In this document: one piece after another, positions 48,701-57,700 of the stretch | How positions within the stretch are numbered: position 1 is the first letter of the stretch | How the letters are laid out: each line of letters begins with the position of its first letter | Assembly (NCBI GenBank): GCA_905178155.1 | Contig: CAJINV010000005.1 | Location: forward strand, 4,133,556 to 4,197,555 | Length of the DNA stretch: 64,000 nucleotides | Direction of reading: 5' to 3' | DNA from: Amoebophrya sp. A120 | Taxonomy: Eukaryota; Protista; Dinoflagellata | Program-made: the position numbers and the translations under genes | The notes under the pieces: model-generated | Told to the model about the DNA's origin: nothing | The model's database searches: none | The model's input: the letters and a program-made list of their open reading frames with translations, nothing else

Positions 48701-51700
48701 CGCGGACTCGCTCTCCTCCGCGCCGGAAGATAGCGCTGAGTCGGATGACGAAGAGGAAAGCCCCTTGGTTATGCCCTCTTCAGCGGTCCTCACCGTCCTC
48801 ATCAACTGCTGTTAAATCCAAAGTGGCCGGAAACTAATCCTGTTTCGAAACAAATTCAACCCAATTTCAAATCTGCAAAAAATGACGACCCTGAAGCCCG
48901 TCATGTGGAACACATCCCAACCCCATCTGCAATATTTTCGGGCTTGTGAATTCTCGCAGGTAGTGCGTGGCCGGCTTTTCAAGTGACCTGCAACCATACC
49001 CCAACAAGTGTTGCGTGGCCCGAGGCAAGACATGGAAAGCGAGGCATCCCGATTACCTCAACCATCCATGAAAGCCATCTTGCTCGGCTACACGCTCCAG
49101 CTATGTTACAACGCCGCCACTAGAAAACCTACCACCCCCAGAGAAGCCGGCACAAAGGCGCCCAAGGATCAAATGCTCACAAGAAGAGAAACTTACCTCC
49201 ATCCACGATCGAAATCGATCGGACAAAGAAGCCAACGCATCTGTGGAACCCTCAGTGCCTTTGACAGCCGCATGTCGAAGCCGACGACCCCGCCACATCT
49301 CGTGGGGCCTAATAACGACGGGGCCTGATGCGAGGCGCTAGGGGGCTCTACAAGATGGCTCGACGATACGGAATCGAAGGGCAATCGCTGGCAATTGTGG
49401 GCCAAAATTGAAACCCCGAAGAAATTTCAAATCGAAATCCACCAACCAATCCAATTTCAAATCGAAATTGGCCTCCCGGGCCCATTTCAAATCGAAATTG
49501 GCAACTCTGGTCAATTTCAAATCGAAATTGAGGTCCGAGACCAATTTCAAATCGAAATTGGTTTGAAGTTAGAAAAAAGTTAGAAAGAGGTAGAAAAAAG
49601 TTAGCCATATTACATTCCAGGTCCTAACTTTTTTCCAACTTATTTCCAACTCCTTTCAAATTTGATCTCCGTTTGAAAAACAGAAGTGGAGAGGCCAAAC
49701 ACATATCGACAGAAAGTCGCCGGTCTTCACAGCCGGAACGCGCCGCCTTTAGGATAATGCATGCGAGCGCAATAGCAGCAGAGGCGAAATGTTGCCACAG
49801 GTGTCAGTTGCCTCCCGTCGTCGTAAAAAGCTACCGCCCCCCCAGCCAATTCCTCCAGCAATGGCATGTCCCTGACAAAAAGGGAGTTCGGAAAATGGGG
49901 GGCGAGCGAGTGCCCGAAGCTCATTGCTTGGCACAGCGAAGAATAAATACGGCGGCCGCCAGCCTCTTCCTTGCCAGAACACGAGCCAAAAGAAATGGCT
50001 GCCCTGTTGGAGTGTGTCTCCAGAAGCGCTCGGTGGTTCTCACAGTCCTCATCAACTGCTGCTACAACATCGCGGAATGTGGCTCCGGCGTTAATATTTT
50101 TCTCGCGGTGTAGAAAGACTTCATCCATGAGCAGCCTTTCTGAAAACATTGCTCAGCTTTGAGGTGCAGATGTTTCGTTTCCCTGCCCGAGGACAAAACT
50201 ACAAACGACAAACAGTGCTATCCCTATCACTTAAATGCATCAGCCGACAAGGAATGTAAAACCTGAGCAGACCTGCGTCATATCCTTCTTTTTACTAACC
50301 GGTCTGGCTGCGTTGCTTGGCGTCGGCTATCACGAGGAAAAATCCCCCGTCCCCATACTTACTGAAACGGCATGCCTCTGAAAGATTGGGACCCTGCTCG
50401 GTGTTTGCGCGTCGTGTTTTTCGTCGTGTAAGAAGGCACACCGGGAAAGTCCGCCCGCCGCACTATTCAGGCGGCTCGTGATGCTACTAGTAGACCTACA
50501 GGGCAGACGCCTGTCATGCTAGGCGCCTGCTACGTCGAAACATCCCCGCCCGGTTCTTGTATCTGCCCGCAGTCCTCTACTGCAAGACAAAGCTGATTTG
50601 TGTTCACAACAGTCCCGCGTCACAGATTTCCGTTTTGCTATGGGAGGGGGGGTTTTTCATTTTGATATCGGCGCCGAAATCGTTTTATTCACTCCCGACG
50701 CCGAGCTGCTTGAGTTTTTTGGCGGTGCGCCTCCAGCGGCAGTGGGAGTTGAGATGTTGGTAGTCGCAACTTGAACTTTCCCAAGTTGGTTCATGGGGGT
50801 GGCTCCTCCACCGAGACTGGGTCTCCGAGACAGTCCGGCGCCAAGTGCTGTGGACGACGTGACCAGACTCTCCAGAAAGCTTCCACGCCGCGCGCGCTCT
50901 GCTTGTTGCTGCAGGTTGTTCATCACACCGTTGCTCGCGTTTCCGGAGGACACGATATTACCTAGCGGCCCGCCGCTTTGTTCCATCGGTGCCTGGTAGC
51001 CGGAAGCTGTTCCTCCGGCGTGGTGGTCTTGCGTGATTGTACTGCTCAACACGCCAGGAGCACCAACACCACTAGCAGCAGTCGCGCCAAGAGACGTGGA
51101 TTGCTTCAAAAAGTCGGCAAGTATACTGTTGCGACGGGTCAGGCTCGTGCGCTTTTGGTCCGCTTGCTTCTTCTGTTCCTGCTGTTGCTTCTTGCGCAGC
51201 AACTGACCCGCGTAACTCGTGTCGTGGTCCGCGAGAGAAGGCGGGTGGTGACCTGTAGAGCTGCTGCCACTATGGTCTGCTACAGAGACCCCCCCGGGCG
51301 GCTTTTGATTGTGCCGCTCTCAGAAATGATTACACTGAACGCTGTTGCATGATTTGCCAACATGCAGTAGAGCCCCAAACTTCACACTCCACACGATCAA
51401 GCTGTTTTGCAGAGCACGATCGCGACGCGCTCATCAGCGTTGAAATCTGTGCAAATAAATTTGTGACGCAACACCAGACACGCGCACGCTCTACCCTTTT
51501 GCTTTTGAACAAGATTTTTTTGCATCACAAAATCATGCGACAGTCATGAGCGTAACGCTTGCACAGACCATATTGATGCTGTTGCACTTGAGGCGCACCC
51601 ACGCTCGCACTGTTTTGATTCTCGCCAACGGACGGCGACCGCGACTCCGTTTGCGGTAGCTCCTCAACTTCCTCCGGAGCCTCGTCGTGCTCCTGTAGTA

Positions 51701-52266
51701 GTTGCGCCAGCAGAGGAGGATTCTGCAGCAACATCTGCGTCATCACTGGATTCGCCACGGCAAGCTCTTGCATCTTTTTTTTTTTATTTCCTCGTCGTCG
51801 TGAGTCATCTTTACATTTACTTACGTTTAAACAAACTCTCGTCGTCCATCATGATGACTATTAAGCAACTATCATATTGAATCATAGGAAACCGGCGCCG
51901 ATCAGATCAGACGGACGCCAAGAACGCCATCGACTTTCTGTCTGCTACAACAGCAACCACGCACCTTGAGAAATTTTTCACTTTTTCAGTCTGTTTACTG
52001 CGCAGTACCACGACTTGTTTTCTACTATTAAATACTTAGCGGGCGGCTTATTATACTATCTTGTATACCACTGGGTGCTGCATCATCGTGGTCACGTTGG
52101 CAGTCTGCATCATCATCAGCGGGTTTGCTGCTGCTTGTGGCATCAGGGGATTCCCTCCGAGGCCTCCGGCACCGGAGAGCAGCCCGGCCTGGATCAAAGG
52201 GTTCGCGGCCTGCTGCTGCATCACCAGCATCGGATTCAGCCCCATCATATCTGGTTTTCCACACAC
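30800..52266 (-). CDS. Long low-complexity multi-exon host coding region spanning the retrotransposon (possibly the tail of the kinesin)
   Basis: ORFs 52051-52266, 51525-51773, 50668-51202, 47713-48805, 34016-34209, 32295-32785 and 30800-31978 (Q/S/T/G/K-rich). In-frame joins checked across 34215-47712 (PRRN|RLLDNNPG) and 32791-33042; the other joins were not checked. Confidence 0.5.
32791..33042. mobile_element. TIR introner, family A
   Basis: Near-perfect 30-bp TIR; TSD TGCTG. Confidence 0.93.
33147..33523. mobile_element. TIR introner, family B
   Basis: TATCAAAAGGAAAAATCCCCCCTCCCCATA / TATGGGGAAGGAAGATTTTTCATTCTGATA; TSD CTTGT; paralogues at 50328 and 55081. Confidence 0.9.
34295..34754 (-). 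repeat. 3' LTR
   Basis: About 95% identical to 47019-47482 (about 21 substitutions and one 4-nt indel by hand count). Confidence 0.95.
35549..41572 (-). CDS. pol: Copia-like Pol region (DUF4326-like domain, putative protease, integrase, RT, RNase H), 2007 aa
   Basis: YIGRG..KWGNPF..LAGKALGCFCKPNKCHGDIL; LILIDGTG (weak protease candidate); PIERRILALK..GRSPNEQWWG (integrase-like); DVPRAFL, LHGLKEAALLWY, PCIF, LHVGDVLF (RT); DASY, SSYAAEIEA, SDSKSA, NPGDSFAK (RNase H). Confidence 0.92.
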   Translation of the reverse strand: MRKRCYFTVVLKPGRPEIFEGHDGSELVEFSGENQAYLRSFDLEPEDCAVIQKMQQEHPQESWGRPIFASKLKPKGSKTALYDCDPNTVKQYKEKTRREKLYQEKSRLVSEQVSHVVENPREPFRAQEEAMALRMFDRGVDLAVACENSKATAPRKTTAVNLHSLGCSWNNWKSIQKWLDESEDHGYIGRGKNCKWGNPFRVGAHGESRQEVCEQCREWCIERGFDQDAKTELAGKALGCFCKPNKCHGDILLEFLVCEEVGANQVGGSRSWRDPPPQVQLENENSLKVSRENIFRVSTAQLKRNGDRGGYAVYRVVDFGLTKVPLTPEWLRERVRLRRVIDIQRQERAVRDLVNDYSRSDLIQSQPTVPGGKFKYISIDYYFHVADDGGALQGKARERAVRLRGKISDECHEAAVQFEEAIDYGEIGPGVQTGNVKQVKAENEESGSLRLRQPRALEGVRVFTCRTIDDLPEPVRGIGFRIHVDEDPELQEVKNSFPDLARDMTEKKIRTGFSEELIDSIDKNYISDKITMLREHSRRKLILIDGTGVGLSVAVGERIKRAGRSSVVFHSSTAKELFAHEYTLLNDGTAIRYSEEEQLRAGAVLSCFRFVKKEHRSKLRAIQEILYLTGKVGSEKQCYDLCRKRLHTVGQEELGELVAIVRRDSMAGLKFGLSKRNKALTGWDPCVAGMRGGVTLIDTRFVTESGIVCVVIVCLSLPDKRSGAFVCGTKFKLEGLTARSKLTEEEKDELRGGVMINLFTEFGERLFNGGASPTKSDIVRAVCFFLSLKLIRRKIYAGAGMESIGLEDWTPLSNSGREVYTLPTGAPVYPIERRILALKTITKRLRRVPSFARMTLRVLFNEASECLGNASSTGLHGRSPNEQWWGIETARDTLATHPDDAAVAVHTFTGGDLEYTIQHLNEARARIFGELMSMQCEKSYVDAVSKIIANCRARLRSANREDMQVGEYVNAHSPHMHGVDTVSPIFQKNTNKGASGTDYVIQTKRGLQTAKENRISPQHNLGTFCDVPTSLQPLCELDFKRGGKIFEAQRRNLAKREEYGDELIHREKASTHERGPFFVLSDPRGVGSKRKRKNADPLALEDDENEEPAMGENNFDDVDFLQDDQGGANINREDDAILEREEEGGEDDLLESVGFVNVTEQVQEVAAARENLGSSTMHILKEAEQDQGDDESNEIPSEFAEMVEVMTFPKRGHRRAVHKVLQHADAGILKEDDMLSQLVTHTMYNKIDGIQITAKDIKVMDGWAPPEERRPLDKPELQKEFIAARNYHKIDFVHSKEEHAAAGGGKCLRIIMWSLVPNLSYEDLGLLSIFDRNSSRHPEVVRRIQGPLKYPDVDHSFVESPSGLAAPKLLVKGHNKEWGQMFDENLVEVWTEGKLCSSERILPGRALCDLKLVTPWHYKVAIRVVPGGHRSSISTAAESPTMGEHGLSLILNVLRHIRNKSRRIRSGDVPRAFLKSVRLKEENRPRFYFPSNVTQPDVLRELKSRLGIGPGTVLLMNISLHGLKEAALLWYRTTSQHLLSIGFRVSPNSPCIFVRGKDRIGLHVGDVLFAGTSDGFGKFAKEMRDRFGLENWSSAESGFVYTGTHIQYFREQEVIDTNMAQKVEEIQESVILSDLSAPLLPEQITALKAASGSLLFISRRHVEIRFPVRALALGNDDSKDGRWLEAHNGIIRRLKSSTVGVKIDLSYEREIFAFFPDASYQSPATPEEVHAVHEEFDARPIFVLDDEEIAARREHFDEQSGVLFCGRSTYEEALALSQKSDTERRKKKRYSSITVPSGVVDDTERLAKQLRPVIGHILLSLSEDDFEIYLQQQKSVKRVMTSKECDALEKFCIRCSYLGSDTVFFASARNSSYAAEIEALAESVPILEMCLLKCQAWGLSVKSVALSDSKSAAARIVSKSVISVQDADVCKPLAKLKDLYMKSEWGVGSCTDRVNPGDSFAKISSGFKMGELLEVLQGKFSAPLGQLFVFERTYTWERPLAPTTTAI
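41576..43113. mobile_element. 1538-bp non-autonomous TIR element inserted in the polyprotein gene
   Basis: 13-bp TIR TCACCCAGGGCCG; 6-bp TSD CATCGA (41570-75 and 43114-19); removal fuses ..NLFGMSM|RKRCYF in frame. Confidence 0.93.
42022..42259. mobile_element. Perfect foldback MITE
   Basis: 113-bp arms (42022-42134 and 42147-42259), 12-nt loop, TGT..ACA ends, 5-bp TSD CTTAT; sits inside a ~13-bp CTTAT tandem array (about 41978-42435). Confidence 0.92.
43114..46802 (-). pseudogene. gag: Gag and linker part of the retroelement polyprotein, disrupted
   Basis: Q-rich ORF 45387-46802; frameshift near 45481; ORF 43981-45390 with two CX2CX4HX4C knuckles (CRKCLSTEHGADDC, CGLCFSPEHIKKDC); in-frame TGA at 43981, then open up to the TIR insertion. 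Confidence 0.85.
47008..47017 (-). promoter_or_regulatory. Primer-binding site, probably for initiator tRNA-Met
   Basis: TGGTAGCGGA lies 1 nt inside the 5' LTR and is complementary to a tRNA ending ..UCCGCUACCA; GCUACCA is a common eukaryotic iMet 3' end. Confidence 0.75.
47019..47482 (-). repeat. 5' LTR
   Basis: Direct repeat of 34295-34754, followed by ATAT. Confidence 0.95.
48783..50061. repeat. 29-bp direct repeat flanking a 1.22-kb insert
   Basis: 48783-48811 versus 50033-50061, three mismatches. Confidence 0.75.
49421..49560. repeat. 30-bp-period array of a 20-bp palindrome with unique 10-nt spacers
   Basis: CCAATTTCAAATCGAAATTG (or a close variant) at 49421, 49451, 49481, 49511 and 49541. 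Confidence 0.92.
50328..50667. mobile_element. TIR introner, family B
   Basis: Family-B TIRs; TSD TCGGC. Confidence 0.88.
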
Positions 52267-52982
52267 ATGTTTTCAGCAACAATCAATGTGATGTCTAGGT
52301 GCCCGTCTTTTGATTTTCGTTGAAGTCGATTGGTCACTTTTTTGTTGTTTAATAAACTCAGAAATGTCATCCTCTTCATCGTCGTACGTGCGCACAATTC
52401 ACGGCCTATTCATCGCACAAACCAAAACCCTGTTTTTTGCAGTAGTAGTGCCGAAGTCCATCATGATATTGCGTACTAATTCTTCTAGACATGTATATCT
52501 TTATCCTACGTGAAAACGTTCCCACCCCAGAGTCAAGATCAAGATGGGCACCATTCGGCTACATAAACCAACAAGCCTTCTGCCTTGCGCGTGAATAAAG
52601 CTCTGGGTCTCCGTCTCTCTCTCTCTCTAGTGTAGTAAGTAGTGGTGTTTATTGGCTAGTGTATTGGAGTCCTCACATGACAAATCTTAATCTTGCTCCT
52701 TATTCTGATGAGAGCATGACAAAGCCCCAGATTCCATGAAAAAATGTCCCTCATGGGGCCGCTGCGCACGAGCCACAGTCTCCGCATGCGAATTCGCGGG
52801 GTGGGGACATTATTACTCAGGATATCTTACTTGCCATGATCATTTGCTGCTGGTCGAGCGGAGAAGCGGACGCTGGAGCACCTGCCACAGCCGTACCTAT
52901 ACTGCCGAGGGGTGGTAGCTGCCCCATGAAGTGCGAAGGAGGTTGATGCGGATGCGGCTGATAGCTGCTTCCTAGCGCGTTG

Positions 52983-53266
52983 CGTGCATTGCAAATACTA
53001 TGTCCTCTAGGTGGTTTGGAACTACGTGGCAACTTGTGATGCTGAGTCTGCAGTGCACAAGGATCTGCTTTGCGAAGGCAGCAAAAGCTGTGCGGTTTTT
53101 GTTCCCCCAAGACGAGGGTATGTCTCATATTACAGAGTAGGCATGGAAAAGCCTCCGCATATCTTCATCTTGTCGTGCTTCATCGTCATCTCATCCAGGT
53201 CCAAAAAATGCATGACAGATGATTCCATTCTTCCCGAAATACTTGTAGACATATTTGCATTTGATA
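52983..53266. mobile_element. TIR element, family A (decayed)
   Basis: TGCAAATA on the left, GACATATTTGCATTTGATA on the right; TSD CGTTG. Confidence 0.75.
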
Positions 53267-53423
53267 CGTTGGTATAGCCGTGCGGAAGCGGATCCCCCCA
53301 ATGGGACGAAAAAGTCCCATCACAATCGTGAAGTAGGTGAAGGCATTCAGCGAAACTGAAACTTACCGAACTAGGTCGCTCATCATCCGAAGAGAGCATG
53401 AGTAGTTGTACAAACACATGAAG

Positions 53424-53685
53424 TATCAAATGCAAAAATGTCTGGGTCTGGAAGATTGCAAGGTTTGTCATGCACATTTTACATGACCCGTGATGTCTGT
53501 GATGTATGCACCAGCATCACAAGTTTTTTGCGCGCATCTTGATGCCTATCCCGCATGAGAAATCCCCTCTCCGCGGTTCAAAAACTGGACGCCTCTTGTT
53601 GCTCATGCAATACAGATTTTTTTGGATTCCAGAAATAGCATTACAGATTGCATTTCTCCAGACCCAGACATTTTTACATTTGATA
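53424..53685. mobile_element. TIR introner, family A
   Basis: Near-perfect TIR; TSD TGAAG. Confidence 0.93.
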
Positions 53686-54783
53686 TGAAGCGGGTGGCAC
53701 TCACGACATTTGAGTGCTACAACTTTTTTTCGGGTTTGCATTTCTCGCACAAAATGCACAATTGCAATGGTCAACTTTCTTGTTTCGATACTGCTCCTGC
53801 GGATTGTTATTATGGTTGTTCTCTTGCACTTGCATGTCTTCGTGGAGCCGGTTCATCTGCAATTGCATGTCTTCATTCTGCCGGCGCAATATGAAAGCAG
53901 GCTTGCATGAAAATAATTCTTCAAGATGGAACCAACAGCTAAAGCTTTTTCAAACCTCAGTGCGATATCATCTCGATATAGTACTTATTGGTCCGAGCAT
54001 GTGCCAGAGGCACTGTCTGCTCCCTTATTCAATCGGCGCATGGAAAACTTCCTCTTCTTGCTTCTTGTTCTTTCACAGCTCCCCGATACATTACATAGGC
54101 ATAGCACCTGGACATTATTAAATAATACACCTTTGCGTCGATTTTTGTGCACTTTTATAATTCACTAACATGAAGAGCAAATTTTTTTGACGCAAAATTG
54201 CCGCAAAACTTGCTTCCACCACATTGAGAAATTTTCACGAGCTCAAGTTACGATCATACGCATCTGCTCAAGCTGTTCGATGAGCGCTGCATTTTCACTC
54301 GACATGGAAGCTTTCTTATGCATTGCAACGAAGAGCTACTTCGCGTCTGGAAAAATCATGGAAGATTCGTGTCCGTCGTTCACAAAATGATCGTGATCTT
54401 GTATGTTAACTCGGAAAGCACCACCGAAATTTCTGCGATGCCATAGCGGTGCAATATAATGTGCGCTACGAACGAAAGCGCATTCCAACATATCTCAAGC
54501 ACAGGGCATCTGGTGACAAAAGTCTGTTTATCTGTCATCCAGACCAAACAGTTTCAAATTCTTTCCAGAGGCAGAGCCAAACCAATCTGAAGTGCATACT
54601 TTTCGGCAGCAAACAACTCCGCGGCCTCCTGCCTCGCGTTCTCAGCCGCTGATTTTTAGGGTGAGAAAGTAGCACACAGTAAGCCCTAGTTGATCTAAAC
54701 TAATTTCCAACAAAAAGGTGGCCATGCTATGGTACAAAGAATACCTCTGATTTTCGGCTAAGAGGAGAGCGTCGATCAAGGGA

Positions 54784-57700
54784 CTACTGCAATAAAGATC
54801 GCTTACCTAGCTGATTGCTTTTGGCGGTCGAAGCGGAGTCAGGAAGGCGGTTGGCGACGGGGCGATTCTCTATGTTGAGCGCCCGTGTGGCGTATTGCAG
54901 CGTCTGGTTGCTTTCGTCGGCGCTACAGGGATTAATGCAGGTGATCATCATGCAGTACGCATTGCCGCCGAAACTGTCTGACAGCAGCTCCGTAATCTTA
55001 GCGTTTCGGTAGGGCACGTGGGCGTTCGACTTTCCCTGTGTGAGCGCCATGATGACCTGCGCTAACGTAAACAAGGACTTTATTGTGAGGAAAAATTCCC
55101 CCTCCCAATATCGAAAACGCAAACCTCTGAAAATTTGCAATGCTGATATGTGGCCTCAGATCATCTCTGTCTTGCAAGAAGGCAAGCCTGCAGGCTCCTC
55201 CGCATTATGCCGGCGGTTTGTGATGCTCTTGGTCCTACAGCGTAGACTTCTGTCATGCTGGGCGACTATGTCAAAACCTCTCTGGCTCTGCTCAGGCTTC
55301 GCATATGCCTACAATCCTGTTCTGCAAGACTGCTTTGCATTTGTGTATGCAAATCCCGCATCAAAAGTTTCGTTTTGGTATGGGGAGGGGGGATTTTTCC
55401 TTTTGATGGACTTGTTGATGGTCTGAGCTTCCTTCAACGTTACTATCCCAAGAAAAAAGTGTTACATACAGTTACACATTTGCTGCAACTTTAGCAACAC
55501 AAACTTGCAGCTCTGCACTGCAGGGATGAAATTAACTTGCAATGCATAGATCCGAAGAGAAAACACGTATGAAACGAGGGTCGCATGCGTTCGCAGCATG
55601 AGAGAGGTCCTCTGTCTTGCACGTTCTGCAACACGGTGTGGAACTGTAACAGTTTTTTCTCATGATACTTACCCCTTCAGCACCAGTACTCTTCACGCGC
55701 TCGCTCCCCGCCAGATCCACAAATTGAAACTTCGCGAACCTTACAACCAGGGCAGTGCTTTTTTATCCTTTATGCTTAATGCAAGCAACCACAAAAGAAC
55801 GCACGTCTCATGCGTCGGCGTCCACTAAGTAGCTACCATAAATACGCTACCTATTTTTATGTATCAACTTCAAACAAAAGAATGCAGGACAAATTTGAGT
55901 TTTAATAATTTTGGTAATCTCTGTCTCGCGACGCAGTGTCCCTTGTCACGGGCGATAAAAATGCCATTGCACTGAAATGTCGTCTCTTTGTTCACAAGTG
56001 ACAAGTCGTTCCGGTTCTACATCTACTTTCTCTGGAATTCATCTTTTTATAGGGCAACGGCAAATTATTACATCTTACAGTCGATGTCATGGGAATAAAG
56101 AACGCGGATGCATTCACGTCACATCAACTACCGGCACTGTGTATCAAGTGCAAAAATGTCTGGGTCTGGAAAATTGAAACTTGTAATGCGTGTCATGCAT
56201 TCCTGGAAAATCTGTGTTGCATGAGCAGCAAAACAGAGGCTTCCTTTGTCATGCGAAAACGCAATTTGTAATGCGTGCTAGGCATCAGCAGCCCTCTCAA
56301 AAACTTGTCATGCTTGGCTGCCATTGGAAGCGCTTCAATCATGCGCAATTCAGCATCACAAGTTTCCAGACCCAGACATTTTTACATTTGATACTGTGCT
56401 AGCTAAAAATCTGTACCTTTGCAGATCGGGGAGGTCCACGTAAAGCGTAAAAAGACTGTGGGATCGCGAACTCCGGGCGTTCATCTTGGTGCTAGACGTG
56501 CGGCGGAACTTTGCTCCCTCCTGCAGCACCATGATTGCATCGTCTGCGGTGTCGCACTCGACCATTGTGAGGTCTGCGATGTAGGGCTCCCGCTTCTCAT
56601 TTTGCCGGATGGCCAAGTTGGTTTTTTTCGGGTCGAGCGTATCATATTGAAAAATCGCCCCTACTGACTCTGGAAAAGGCGGGGGAGTGTTTGCATTGCA
56701 AAAGTTCCGAATGGAAACATTCTCGAGCAAACGCAACGCAAAAAATTTCTAATGCAGATGAGATTCGTAAAAGAACAATCACGCGTTACAAAAAGGCCCA
56801 GAGACCGCAAGGCCTACCATGTAAGAGATGCTCTGCAGTCCTACTATAATCTGAATCAGGAATACTCGCCGTCCTTCTCCTTTCGTGCAAGACAAGTCCC
56901 CATGTCCATTACCATTTGCATTTGGAACGAAACTCTGCATGAGAAAAATCTCGCACTTCGGGAAGCGGGGCACTTTTCAAAATGGTAGAGCAGATCCGTG
57001 ATACATTCGTTCACCAGACCCGTCGCTGTAGACAGCAAAAAGTTTGTTGCGATAGTCACTGAGTTTCAGGTATTACGTGGCGCTTTTTCTTGGCTTCGAC
57101 CACGAAAGATTTCTTGTTGTATTGCAGAAAAACTAGGGAAATCCTGTATGACGTCTCATTTGGATGCATTTCTAGGCAGGACCACAGGGACATCGCCTTA
57201 CAAAGCTGCGTGATCTTCAAAACGAACTTTTTTTTTTTGATAGGCGCGTTTCCGATTTCAATAAAGCTTGCTTTTATCTTCACCGTCTTCGAGGTTCGGT
57301 CGTTCTTTCGGGCAAAAATGCGTTCGATTGCCTGGGGCACGATTCCGTCCAGCGCCTGCGTGCTACCAATCACGGTATGCGTCTTGCCGCTACTTGTCTG
57401 TATCCAAGAAAAAAAGTCGAAGTATTCATGACAGTTAGTGCAACTTTTTTATGGCAGCATTACAAATCTTTCTAGTGTGGACCAGCACGACAACCTCAGC
57501 CGCAACCCTGTTGCATGTATATTTTTTGCACCACAGACTTACATCATCACTATACACATCAATTTTTTTCTTGCATAGTCTGCCCGTACGCCATAATAGT
57601 CGCGTGAAAACCGCTCAAGATTGCATCCACAAAGCCATCCACGTTCATCCTGAAACAAAAGAAAAGATGTTTTAGGGAATCTTCCGGCATGGCCATTTTG

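Noticed and set aside
49421-49560. CRISPR array
   Set aside because: 10-nt spacers are far too short, there are no cas genes, and the context is eukaryotic. Kept only as a repeat-spacer-like array.
55668-55672. Canonical GTAAGT donor at the 55444-55667 introner
   Set aside because: Pairing it with the nearest AG (..GATAG) drops one base and creates a stop. The motif is restored only by the element-plus-5-nt deletion.
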